A DNA stretch of 25,591 nucleotides. Origin: Gemmatimonadota bacterium (lineage in GTDB: Bacteria; Gemmatimonadota; Gemmatimonadetes; Palauibacterales; KS3-K002). Shown piece by piece: positions 1-7,919 of this stretch (position 1 is its first letter; each line of letters begins with the position of its first letter). The translations under genes and the position numbers were made by a program. Location: positions 1 to 25,591 of the forward strand of contig JBDHJS010000048.1 of the NCBI GenBank assembly GCA_039586795.1, given 5' to 3'. Under the pieces are notes generated by a model. That model was given only the letters and a program-made list of their open reading frames with translations. It was not told the DNA's origin and did no database searches.

Positions 1-1
1 C

Positions 2-124
2 TTTGACATCATCGGGCCTGTTCCGTGCGGAATATGGGATGGTACCGGATTCATCATCACTTTCGAGTGGAAGGAGACCGTGTCCGCAAGCGGGCAGGCC
101 AAGCTAATCTGCCACGCTCCGTAG
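2..124 (+). CDS. 3' end of a hypothetical protein (truncated by window start)
   Basis: Open frame from nt 2 reads FDIIGPVPCGIWDGTGFIITFEWKETVSASGQAKLICHAP* with TAG at 122-124, followed by a GC hairpin at 150-174. Not in the ORF track because its start lies outside the window. Confidence 0.6.
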   Translation, partial: FDIIGPVPCGIWDGTGFIITFEWKETVSASGQAKLICHAP

Positions 125-149
125 TCGCCATCGTAGTGCCTGAAAGAGC

Positions 150-174
150 AGGGGGCAGCGTCATGCTGCCCTCT
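150..174 (+). terminator. Hairpin between convergent genes, probable intrinsic terminator
   Basis: AGGGGGCAGCG-TCA-TGCTGCCCTCT, an 11-bp stem with two G-U pairs, followed by a weak pyrimidine tail (CATCTTCT). Confidence 0.55.
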
Positions 175-216
175 CATCTTCTCCCGGCCAAGGTTGCTGT
201 CAAAATTGGATCCGAT

Positions 217-1767
217 TCACTGGGCCTGCCTCGGATAGCCAGCCGTATCCCCAATCGCCCAACGAATGAACTCCCGCAGGTCGTCGTTCGACTTCTGAAG
301 GTCCGGCTTGCGCAGGTACATCATGTGGCCGCTCTCGTACCAGTAGAACCGGAAGCGGTCGCGGAACTCGCCGCCCGGCTGCAGGTGCGAGATCGTGTAC
401 ACGGCACTGTAGTAGTCGGTGGCGGCGTCGTAATACCCGCCCTGGATCATCACCTTTAAATAGGGATTGTTGCGCATCGCCTGCCGGAGCATCTGACCGA
501 CGTCGGCTCCGTCATCCCGGTTCCACGGTCGGACGTTGCCCCACACGTTGTACTTGATGTCGGGATCGTAGCCCAGCTCTTCGCGTATGTACTGGTTCAC
601 CGCGTCGCTGAAGGCGCCGTTCCAATCGGCGATCGCTGGGTCATACTCGGGGTTCTCCCCCGCCGCATCCCGGTCGATGCCCAGGTACCGACTATCCAGG
701 CGTCCAACAGTTAGTCGCTGATCGCGGAGTAGCTCCTTCCAGAAGCGCCGCGAACTGATGCGCAGGTTGGTCGACATGACGTAGTCAGAGGTGAGACCGG
801 TATAGCGGGCGACTCGCTCGGCCAGCGCGGCGCGCGCACCATCGTCCAGCTGGTCACCCTGCACAAGCGCTACCAGGTAGTCGCTCATAGCGAAGGCCTC
901 GACCTCGTCCAGAAAGGCGCGAAGCGGCATCGACTGATAGTCCGCGGCCAACTGGCCATGGTACCACGCCGTCGCGGCGAGGTGCGGCAACGCCGTGGCG
1001 TAGGAGACGTCGTCGCCGAAGTCGACGTTGAGCCCGGTCATCGAAACGAGGATCACCCCGTTCAGATAGATCTGGTGTCGGCCCTGCAAGTACCCGGCGA
1101 GTCCCGAGGCGCGCGTCGTACCGTAGCTCTCGCCGATCAGGAACTTCGGGGAGGCCCAGCGGTCCTTCCGCAGGATGAAGAGTCGGATGAACTCGCCTAC
1201 CGATTGAACGTCGACCATCGTCCCGTGGTACATGTGGAGATCTTCACCCGGCATCATCCGACTGAAGCCTGTATCGACAGGATCGATATAGACGATGTCC
1301 GCCACGTCGAGGATCGAGTGCGGGTTGTCCTCCACACCGCCCGGTGGTCTCAGTGCGAAACCCTCGTCGTCGTACACGACGTGCCGCGGCCCCGTGTACC
1401 CCATGTGCATCCAGACCGACGCCGTCCCGGGCCCACCGTTGAACGAGAAGATCATCGGTCGCGTGCTCACATCCTCGACCCCGTTACGGGTGTAGGCGAT
1501 GTAGAACATCTTCGCCGCGATCCGTCCTTCTTCGCGGATCGGAAGCCAGCCCGCCTCCGCCGTGTAGCTCACGTTCTGGCCGTTGATGCGAGCGCTGTGC
1601 TGCGTGACCACCGGCTCGTCCGGAAGCAAATCGGCTTCTACGCCCGCGCCGTTCGGACTGCCCTGCGTGGCTTGCTCCGCACGTTGCGGCCGCTGAGCCG
1701 CGGCGGGGAACGCCTGAAGAACGAGCACACAAACGAACAGCATCGCGAGAACGCTTCGGGTCCTCAT
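217..1767 (-). CDS. Secreted S10 family serine carboxypeptidase
   Basis: FNGGPG motif, YIDPVDTGFS, nucleophile motif GESYG and C-terminal GHMMY His motif. Start moved to ATG 1767 (MRTRSVLAML..., signal peptide ending AAA-Q), with a GGAGGA RBS upstream. Confidence 0.92.
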   Translation of the reverse strand: MRTRSVLAMLFVCVLVLQAFPAAAQRPQRAEQATQGSPNGAGVEADLLPDEPVVTQHSARINGQNVSYTAEAGWLPIREEGRIAAKMFYIAYTRNGVEDVSTRPMIFSFNGGPGTASVWMHMGYTGPRHVVYDDEGFALRPPGGVEDNPHSILDVADIVYIDPVDTGFSRMMPGEDLHMYHGTMVDVQSVGEFIRLFILRKDRWASPKFLIGESYGTTRASGLAGYLQGRHQIYLNGVILVSMTGLNVDFGDDVSYATALPHLAATAWYHGQLAADYQSMPLRAFLDEVEAFAMSDYLVALVQGDQLDDGARAALAERVARYTGLTSDYVMSTNLRISSRRFWKELLRDQRLTVGRLDSRYLGIDRDAAGENPEYDPAIADWNGAFSDAVNQYIREELGYDPDIKYNVWGNVRPWNRDDGADVGQMLRQAMRNNPYLKVMIQGGYYDAATDYYSAVYTISHLQPGGEFRDRFRFYWYESGHMMYLRKPDLQKSNDDLREFIRWAIGDTAGYPRQAQ

Positions 1768-1825
1768 GGGTCTCCTCCAGACTGCAGTCGAGTGAGGGAT
1801 GGGTAAGGGCGTTGGAACAGTGTTG

Positions 1826-1854
1826 ATGGTACGGCAGAGACGATACCGTGGCAA
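1826..1854 (-). promoter_or_regulatory. Putative sigma70-type promoter of the S10 peptidase gene
   Basis: Minus strand TTGCCA (1854-1849), 17-nt spacer, TACCAT (1831-1826). Confidence 0.5.
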
Positions 1855-1878
1855 TCGGAAGCTCACAGCAAGTGCGAG

Positions 1879-4800
1879 CTAGGTATCAGTTGACAAGTCT
1901 TCTATCACTCGGCGTGCCCATTCGACCCGAGGCTGAAGTTCGGAGTCGGCGTCCTTCCAGAGCGCGACAAACTTTCCGTAGTAATCGACCGCCCTTCCCG
2001 TGTTACCGCGCTCGGCATGAAGCTCGCCCAGCCGCTCCAAGACAACAGGGAGCCAGTAGGTACCCCTCAGGCCCTGTGCTCCATTGCCGTCAAGGATCTT
2101 GAAGTTCTCCGGGGTCTCCACAAAGCGCTCGTAGGCGGCAATGGCCGAGTCAAGCTGACCAGCCTGCTCGTAAGCTCGACCCAGCGGCGGTTGTCCGCAG
2201 ACAGCGCATCTGTAGATGTCGCGGTTGCCCAACTCCTCGATCGCCTCATCAACTCGCCCTTCCGCCAGCGCAACCACACCAAGCAGACGGTGGTGCGTAT
2301 AGCCTTCGAGCGGGCGCATCGGTCGGGGTACGAGCGCTTCATACTCGTTCAACAACGATCGAGCCCGATCGGGCTGACCGGCGTAGGAGTAGAAACGAAT
2401 CAGCTCGATGTACGGACGATCGCGTGCGGGAATCGAATCAAACGGGTAGCGCTCGAGCGCGACGCTCAGCGTGCGGACCGCAGCGGGCGCATTGGCCCGG
2501 TACCAGGCATCGATCAGGGCGAGCTTGATCGCGGCTCTGAGGTAACCGGGCGCCGCCGATTGCTCGTCCCGGACCCTCATGGCGTCGCGCAGGTGGTCTT
2601 CCGCCTCAGCGAGCCTGCCCTGGACGGCGGCGAGGTCGCCTAGCAGATGCGCTGACGCGACGCGTGCCTCGCTGCGAGATGCCGGAGTCTCACCGCCTGC
2701 TTCCTCGACGACTCTGCGCGCGAGTTCCTCCGCTCTCTCGTAGTCGGCAACGTTGGCCGCCAGACTGGCTGTTTCAAGGTACCACGCGCGGGTCCCGGGA
2801 TGCAGTTGGATCCACTCCTGCGAAATGCGTTCGGCGTCAGCCAGTCTTCCTTCATTCATAGCAACGGTGAACAGCTGCTGCCTGGCAACGCTGCTATTAG
2901 GGAACAACTCTAGTCTGCGGCGGTTTAGTTCTTTGATTTGGGGCCAATCGCGTAGATGGAAATACTGCACCGTCAAGTTCTGCAGCGCGGCCCCAGGGTT
3001 GGGGTAGTTGTCCACCAGAATGCGGTATGTGGCGATCGTCGCGTCCATATCCCCAACGATCCACGATTGATACAAGGCTTCGACGTACAGGCGTTCGCGT
3101 GGTGTCAGCCGCTCCCGGAACTCATACGCCCTAGCCACGTGTTCGGTCGCTCGTTCGTACTCCCCGTAGCGACGTAGCCTTGCCCCCAGGGAGCGGTAGG
3201 CCATGGCAAACGCCGTATCTACAGCGATCGCCTGTTCCAGCAGCTCTATCCGACGGAATTCCTCGGACCGAATCCCCTGCGAATACAGACGCAACGCCTC
3301 AAGCGACGATGTTGTCACCTGCTCCAAAGGCTCGTTCCGTCTGATCAGCCTCAGTGATTCGCCTGCTCGTTTGCGAACTCGCTTTGAAAGGCGCTCCATA
3401 GCGGGGATGATCTCGGCGGAGTCCGCGGCCGTTTCACGATAGGCTGCCAACGCGTCCGTTGAATCTACAAGCGCAAGCCGAGCCGATAGGATGTAGCCCG
3501 GGCCGACCGAACTGATCTCGCCGCAAAGCACAGCCTTCATTCCTTCGCGGACCGCGATCTCGCGAGCGACATCACAGTCGAGTGCCACGTCCCGCTCCCT
3601 ACCCATTCTTTCAAGCGCTTGCGCCAAGCCACCACGGTCAGCGAGTTGAATGACACGTGACTGCGAAAGGTCGATGCGGAACGCTTCGGTCACGGCGATG
3701 GCGAGCAGCGAGTCACTAGTCCGGTTCTCGAAATCGGCAAGTACGATCCGGTCTCTCGGATCGATCATACCCTTCGCCACCCACGACCCGAGTGGCCCGA
3801 TGCCCATGCCCCGCATCGCCATATAGCCGGAGACTGCGACCCCCAATAGCGCGAACGCACCTACCACAGCGAGTGTCGCATTCCGCCATGTGAGATTTCC
3901 ACCTCGACCAATGCCGAGCCGTTTCCCGGTACTTGCAGCTGTGCCGCTACTATTCTGAGCGAGGGCCGTCGCGACGACGATAGGCAGACACACAATGACA
4001 ACTACAATTGCCCCCGGCACGAACCAGTCGGGCAGACCGAGTTGCCACGCCAACAAGTAGGCCGCAGCAACGGCAGCCACAGACGTGACGGCATACAGGC
4101 CGAGAGCCAGAAAGAGACTTACGTGAGGGACAACCGGTTCTTTCGGACTCTCGAACCCTGCGATCTCACGTGTCGTCCGTTGTCGATTTCCAGAGTCCGA
4201 ATCGAGAGGTCCGCGTTGTACCTTAGTGATCTCCCCATAAGCCCCGGGCCTCCGTAAGAGATCAACCAAAGCCGCCAGTTCTAAGTCCGGCTCAATATCA
4301 AGCTCGTCTCGCAGCAGTTGCTCATGCTGTTGGGCAACCTGGAGCGCGTTGGCTCGATCACCGGCTTCCGCCATGGCGCTCATCAGGCGGAGTACGACTC
4401 TGGTGTTGTAGAGGTCGTAATCGAGCAGTCGCTTCCACAACTCTACCGATCGAGTGAAGTCGCCCGCGGACTCCGCCTCTTCAGCCAGTGCCTCCAGAGC
4501 CCTGGCGTAGCTCTCGCCGATTCGAACGCGTTGAGCGTCTTTCCAATGCTCGAATTCGGCTTCGCCGCCAAGGTAGAATCCGTCCAGAAAGGATCCCCGG
4601 TAGAGGGATACGGCTTCCTCAAGATCCTCGCGTGCCATTGCCTCTTCAAACAACTGCACGTCACACCGGACCACCTCAGGGTTGAGACGCAGAAACCCAC
4701 CTGAGCTGAGCACTGCGTCGTCGCCCAACGCTCTTCGAAGCACATAGAGGGAGTCGGACAAGAGGTGGCGAGCGCTTACCTCGTCGCTATCGGGCCAGAG

Positions 4801-4962
4801 TAGGCCCAACACTTTATCGCGGCTTACCGGCCGTCCACCTGCGGTTCCCAGCAGGGCGAGTAGTGCAAGTCTCCTCTGCTGAGCCACGCGCCCGGTGAGG
4901 GGCCCGGAAGCATCTTCGAGGCTGAGCCCAGCGAAGAGGCGCAGGATGTACATACGTGTCAT
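1879..4962 (-). CDS. Membrane-anchored SARP/BTAD-domain transcriptional activator with 3 TM helices, TolB-N/CsgG-like domain and TPR repeats
   Basis: N-terminal winged helix (VSRDKVLGLLWPDSD...ARHLLSDSLYVLRRALG) and BTAD domain (CDVQLFE...AVSLYRGSFLDGF...FEHW). Three hydrophobic segments at about aa 283-383, then the DRIVLADFENRT...AVREG domain, helical TPR-like repeats and a W..AD.ELQPRV C-terminus. Confidence 0.88.
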   Translation of the reverse strand: MTRMYILRLFAGLSLEDASGPLTGRVAQQRRLALLALLGTAGGRPVSRDKVLGLLWPDSDEVSARHLLSDSLYVLRRALGDDAVLSSGGFLRLNPEVVRCDVQLFEEAMAREDLEEAVSLYRGSFLDGFYLGGEAEFEHWKDAQRVRIGESYARALEALAEEAESAGDFTRSVELWKRLLDYDLYNTRVVLRLMSAMAEAGDRANALQVAQQHEQLLRDELDIEPDLELAALVDLLRRPGAYGEITKVQRGPLDSDSGNRQRTTREIAGFESPKEPVVPHVSLFLALGLYAVTSVAAVAAAYLLAWQLGLPDWFVPGAIVVVIVCLPIVVATALAQNSSGTAASTGKRLGIGRGGNLTWRNATLAVVGAFALLGVAVSGYMAMRGMGIGPLGSWVAKGMIDPRDRIVLADFENRTSDSLLAIAVTEAFRIDLSQSRVIQLADRGGLAQALERMGRERDVALDCDVAREIAVREGMKAVLCGEISSVGPGYILSARLALVDSTDALAAYRETAADSAEIIPAMERLSKRVRKRAGESLRLIRRNEPLEQVTTSSLEALRLYSQGIRSEEFRRIELLEQAIAVDTAFAMAYRSLGARLRRYGEYERATEHVARAYEFRERLTPRERLYVEALYQSWIVGDMDATIATYRILVDNYPNPGAALQNLTVQYFHLRDWPQIKELNRRRLELFPNSSVARQQLFTVAMNEGRLADAERISQEWIQLHPGTRAWYLETASLAANVADYERAEELARRVVEEAGGETPASRSEARVASAHLLGDLAAVQGRLAEAEDHLRDAMRVRDEQSAAPGYLRAAIKLALIDAWYRANAPAAVRTLSVALERYPFDSIPARDRPYIELIRFYSYAGQPDRARSLLNEYEALVPRPMRPLEGYTHHRLLGVVALAEGRVDEAIEELGNRDIYRCAVCGQPPLGRAYEQAGQLDSAIAAYERFVETPENFKILDGNGAQGLRGTYWLPVVLERLGELHAERGNTGRAVDYYGKFVALWKDADSELQPRVEWARRVIEDLSTDT

Positions 4963-4969
4963 CGCTCGT

Positions 4970-5026
4970 CAGACGACGGCCAGACGATTTCGGGCTGAAT
5001 CGCAGAAGATGGGCTGACCTCATAAT
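4970..5026 (+). promoter_or_regulatory. Phased heptamer direct repeats plus -10 box (candidate SARP-type activator site)
   Basis: CAGACGA at 4970, CAGACGA at 4981 and CAGAAGA at 5003 (spacing 11 and 22 nt). CATAAT at 5021-5026 has no consensus -35. Confidence 0.5.
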
Positions 5027-5095
5027 ACCGCCGCACAGTTCCATCGGGCCAGTATCAGGGACACTGCACGCACCTTATCCAGAAGGAGACGGGTC

Positions 5096-5770
5096 ATGCC
5101 TACGTACCGAGTTCCAATCCTACTCCTAGCGGCCGCGATCGCCGTAGGCTGCAACGACCAGAGCACCCCTACGGAGTTCGCCACCAAGGTGTCCTCCGAC
5201 TTCACCAACGGGCCTGCGGTTCCCGGAAACTCCCACATCATGCGGTACGAAACTGACATCACTACGTTCGAGTGGGACGATGACAGGACCTACGTGGTGG
5301 CAAAAGGTTTCGGTGTGGCGGATCCGGCCGAGAGCCAGGTCTGCGGAGGCGATGCCGTAGATGCGGTCGCGTGGCAGGACCTCTGCCCACGATCAGGAGG
5401 GGAGGGATGCGAGATCCTGATGTGGCTGGGCAAAGCTGATTTGAGTATACACGTCTATGATTTCGATTCGTTCGTGGCTGCTGCTCGTTCCTCTGGGAGT
5501 TGGAGCTGGTGCGATGGCGCAACGAGCCCACGCCTTGCGCAAGGCTATGGCGTATTCATGAACACCGGCAACAACTTCTACGGCACCGGCACCCGGTCCG
5601 ACTCGTACAGATGGAAAGCGCAGGGCACCCTGGAAGACCTGGTCGATGGCGGCTGTGCGCGTTTCCTGCAGCAGGGCCACGTCTTGTACTTGCCCGACGG
5701 GTCATTCCACAGGCAGGCGATAGAGATCAGCCTTCACCACATCGGCAGCAAGGCCTGTATGAAGGAGTAG
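5096..5770 (+). CDS. Hypothetical Cys-rich secreted lipoprotein
   Basis: AAGGAG RBS, signal peptide with lipobox-like AVGC, six further Cys, and a strong downstream terminator. No family recognised. Confidence 0.8.
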   Translation: MPTYRVPILLLAAAIAVGCNDQSTPTEFATKVSSDFTNGPAVPGNSHIMRYETDITTFEWDDDRTYVVAKGFGVADPAESQVCGGDAVDAVAWQDLCPRSGGEGCEILMWLGKADLSIHVYDFDSFVAAARSSGSWSWCDGATSPRLAQGYGVFMNTGNNFYGTGTRSDSYRWKAQGTLEDLVDGGCARFLQQGHVLYLPDGSFHRQAIEISLHHIGSKACMKE

Positions 5771-5818
5771 CGGCCTCGCCACAGCACTCTGCTGGTTGAC
5801 CGTTAGATTGGACAAACT

Positions 5819-5843
5819 GAGGGCAGCTTCGGCTGCCCTCTTT
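5819..5843 (+). terminator. Intrinsic terminator
   Basis: GAGGGCAGC-TTCG-GCTGCCCTC-TTT: perfect 9-bp stem with a cUUCGg tetraloop and short U tract. Confidence 0.85.
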
Positions 5844-5876
5844 CACGACCATGCCCAAGTGTGTTCTGGCGGGGTC

Positions 5877-5904
5877 TTGCCCCGCGGTTTCCACCCGCTA
5901 AGAT
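5877..5904 (+). promoter_or_regulatory. Putative promoter of the V/A-ATPase operon
   Basis: TTGCCC (5877-5882), 16-nt spacer, TAAGAT (5899-5904), 50 nt before the subunit B ATG and downstream of a terminator. Confidence 0.4.
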
Positions 5905-5954
5905 GCCCACGAGACAGGTATTCTCTATCGTATTCCTACCTTCCGAGGTCATAG

Positions 5955-7298
5955 ATGCTCGACGCCCTCGTTCGTCATACCAGCGTTCTGGAGATCGTCG
6001 GCGACATGATTCGGGTCCGGGCCAGCGGCGTGGCGCTGGGGGACCTGGCGATCGTGGAGAATCTGGATGGAGCGGTCTCCACGGCCAGCGTCGTCGGTCT
6101 GGACCGGGACATCGCCAGCCTGCAGGTCTTCTCCGGCGGCAAGGGGATCTCCACCGACACCCGGGTGCGTTTCCTGGGGCATCCTCAGCAGGTCACGTTC
6201 TCCAACCACATCTTGGGGCGGATCTTCCGGGGCTCCGGCGAGCCGATCGACGGTAAGCCGCCGCTGACGGCCGATCCGACCATCAAGGTGGCGGGACCCA
6301 CGGTGAATCCGATGATGCGGGTGATGCCGGCCAAGATGATCGAGACGGAAGTCCCGATGATCGACCTGTTCAACAGCCTGGTGGAGAGCCAGAAGATCCC
6401 GATCTTCTCGGTCGCCGGCGAGCCGTACAACGCGCTGCTCGCCCGAATCGGCTTCCAGGCCGACGCCGACATCGTGGTCTTCGCGGGACTGGGCCTGATC
6501 TTCGACGACTACCATTTCTTCAAGACCGCGTTCGAGGAGAACGGTGTCTCACACCGCACCATCATGTACGTCAACCTGGCCTCCGACCCGATAATCGAGC
6601 GGCTGCAGGTTCCGGACATGGCGCTGGCCGTGGCGGAGCGCTTCGCGATGGAGCGGGACAAGAAGGTCCTGGTGCTGATGACGGACATGACGGCCTACGC
6701 CGACGCCATGAAAGAGATCGGTGTGGCCCAGGCCCGGATCCCCGCCACCCGCGGCTACCTGGGCGACCTGTACACGCAGCTCGCCCGGCGCTACGAGAAG
6801 GCGTGCGACTTCAAGGGCGCCGGTTCGGTGACGATCATCACCGCCACCACGATGCCCGGCAACGACGTGACTCACCCGGTGCCGGACAACACCGGCTATA
6901 TCACCGAGGGGCAGTTCTATCTGCACGACGGCGTCATCGACCCGTTCGGATCGCTGTCGCGGCTGAAGCAGCACGTGATTGGGAAAGTCACACGTGAGGA
7001 CCACGGCCAGATCATGAACACGATGGTCCGATTCTACGCCGGCGCTAAGGAAGCCGAACAGAAACAGGCGATGGCGTTCGAGCTGTCGGAATTCGACATG
7101 AAGCTCCTGAAGTTCGGCGAGCTGTTCAAGCACCGGTTCATGGACGTGAATGTGTCTATGCCGCTACTGAAGGCGTTGGACATGAGCTGGCGGACGTTGG
7201 CCGAATGTTTCGATTCGCACGAGCTCCTCATGAGAGAGGAGCTGGTCGACCGCTACTTCCCGGACCTAGAACGAGACGGTGAGGGAGGGAGTACCTAG
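5955..7298 (+). CDS. ntpB: V/A-type ATP synthase subunit B (non-catalytic)
   Basis: SQKIPIFS, VLVLMTDMTAYADA, RGYLGDLYTQLARRYEKA, THPVPDNTGYITEGQ and SLSRL motifs; GAGG RBS. Confidence 0.96.
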   Translation: MLDALVRHTSVLEIVGDMIRVRASGVALGDLAIVENLDGAVSTASVVGLDRDIASLQVFSGGKGISTDTRVRFLGHPQQVTFSNHILGRIFRGSGEPIDGKPPLTADPTIKVAGPTVNPMMRVMPAKMIETEVPMIDLFNSLVESQKIPIFSVAGEPYNALLARIGFQADADIVVFAGLGLIFDDYHFFKTAFEENGVSHRTIMYVNLASDPIIERLQVPDMALAVAERFAMERDKKVLVLMTDMTAYADAMKEIGVAQARIPATRGYLGDLYTQLARRYEKACDFKGAGSVTIITATTMPGNDVTHPVPDNTGYITEGQFYLHDGVIDPFGSLSRLKQHVIGKVTREDHGQIMNTMVRFYAGAKEAEQKQAMAFELSEFDMKLLKFGELFKHRFMDVNVSMPLLKALDMSWRTLAECFDSHELLMREELVDRYFPDLERDGEGGST

Positions 7299-7301
7299 CG
7301 C

Positions 7302-7919
7302 ATGGCCCGCCTGAAGCTCAGCAAGGCCTCGCTTCAGCAGGAGCGGACGAAGCTCAAGCTCTACGAGAAACTCCTCCCTTCCCTCGAGCTCAAGCGCAGG
7401 CAGTTGAAGCTCGAGCTGGACAAGGCCCGCAAGCAGTACGCCGAAACGCTGGCCGAAGTCGAACGCCTGGAGGCGCGGGTCGGCGCCGAGCTGCCCATGC
7501 TGGCCAACACGGAGATCGACCTCAAGGGGCTGGTGAAGATGACCGCCCTCGAGTTGGAGCAAGAGAACGTGGTCGGTGTGCGGTTGCCGCGGCTCAAGCA
7601 AATCGATTGCGAGGTAGCGGAATACTCGCTGTTGGCGAAGCCGGCGTGGGTGGACGTGCTGGTCGAGCGCCTGCGTGACGCCGCGGAGGCGCGGACGCGC
7701 ATCCAGATTGCCGCCGAGAGGGTCCGCATACTGGCGCGAGCGGAGCGGCGCATCACGCAGCGTGTGAACCTGTTCGAGAAGATCCTCATCCCCCGGACTC
7801 AGAAGAACATCCAGCGCATTCAGATCTGGTTGGGCGACCAGGAACGATCGGCGGTGGTGCAGGCCAAGTTGGCGAAGGCTCGACAGCAAAGGGACTGGGA
7901 ATGGCTATCATCCCGCTGA
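7302..7919 (+). CDS. ntpD: V/A-type ATP synthase subunit D (central stalk)
   Basis: LPSLELKRRQL, NVVGVRLP and TQRVNLFEKILIP motifs; coiled-coil character; operon position. Confidence 0.95.
   Translation: MARLKLSKASLQQERTKLKLYEKLLPSLELKRRQLKLELDKARKQYAETLAEVERLEARVGAELPMLANTEIDLKGLVKMTALELEQENVVGVRLPRLKQIDCEVAEYSLLAKPAWVDVLVERLRDAAEARTRIQIAAERVRILARAERRITQRVNLFEKILIPRTQKNIQRIQIWLGDQERSAVVQAKLAKARQQRDWEWLSSR

Noticed and set aside
25..459. 144-aa plus-strand ORF
   Set aside because: It overlaps the S10 peptidase antisense and runs through a terminator hairpin. A different frame (2-124) looks like the real gene end.
958..1806. 282-aa antisense ORF and similar long shadow ORFs (11344-12258, 16191-17204, 19439-20680, 22872-23654)
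   Set aside because: They lie opposite well-supported genes, are Arg/Gly/His-rich with no motifs, and are expected artefacts of high-GC codon usage.
1768..1866. N-terminal extensions in the ORF track (also 15368-15457, 18136-18282, 18836-19045, 20949-20990)
   Set aside because: Downstream starts have better RBS, signal-peptide or domain boundaries and avoid overlaps.
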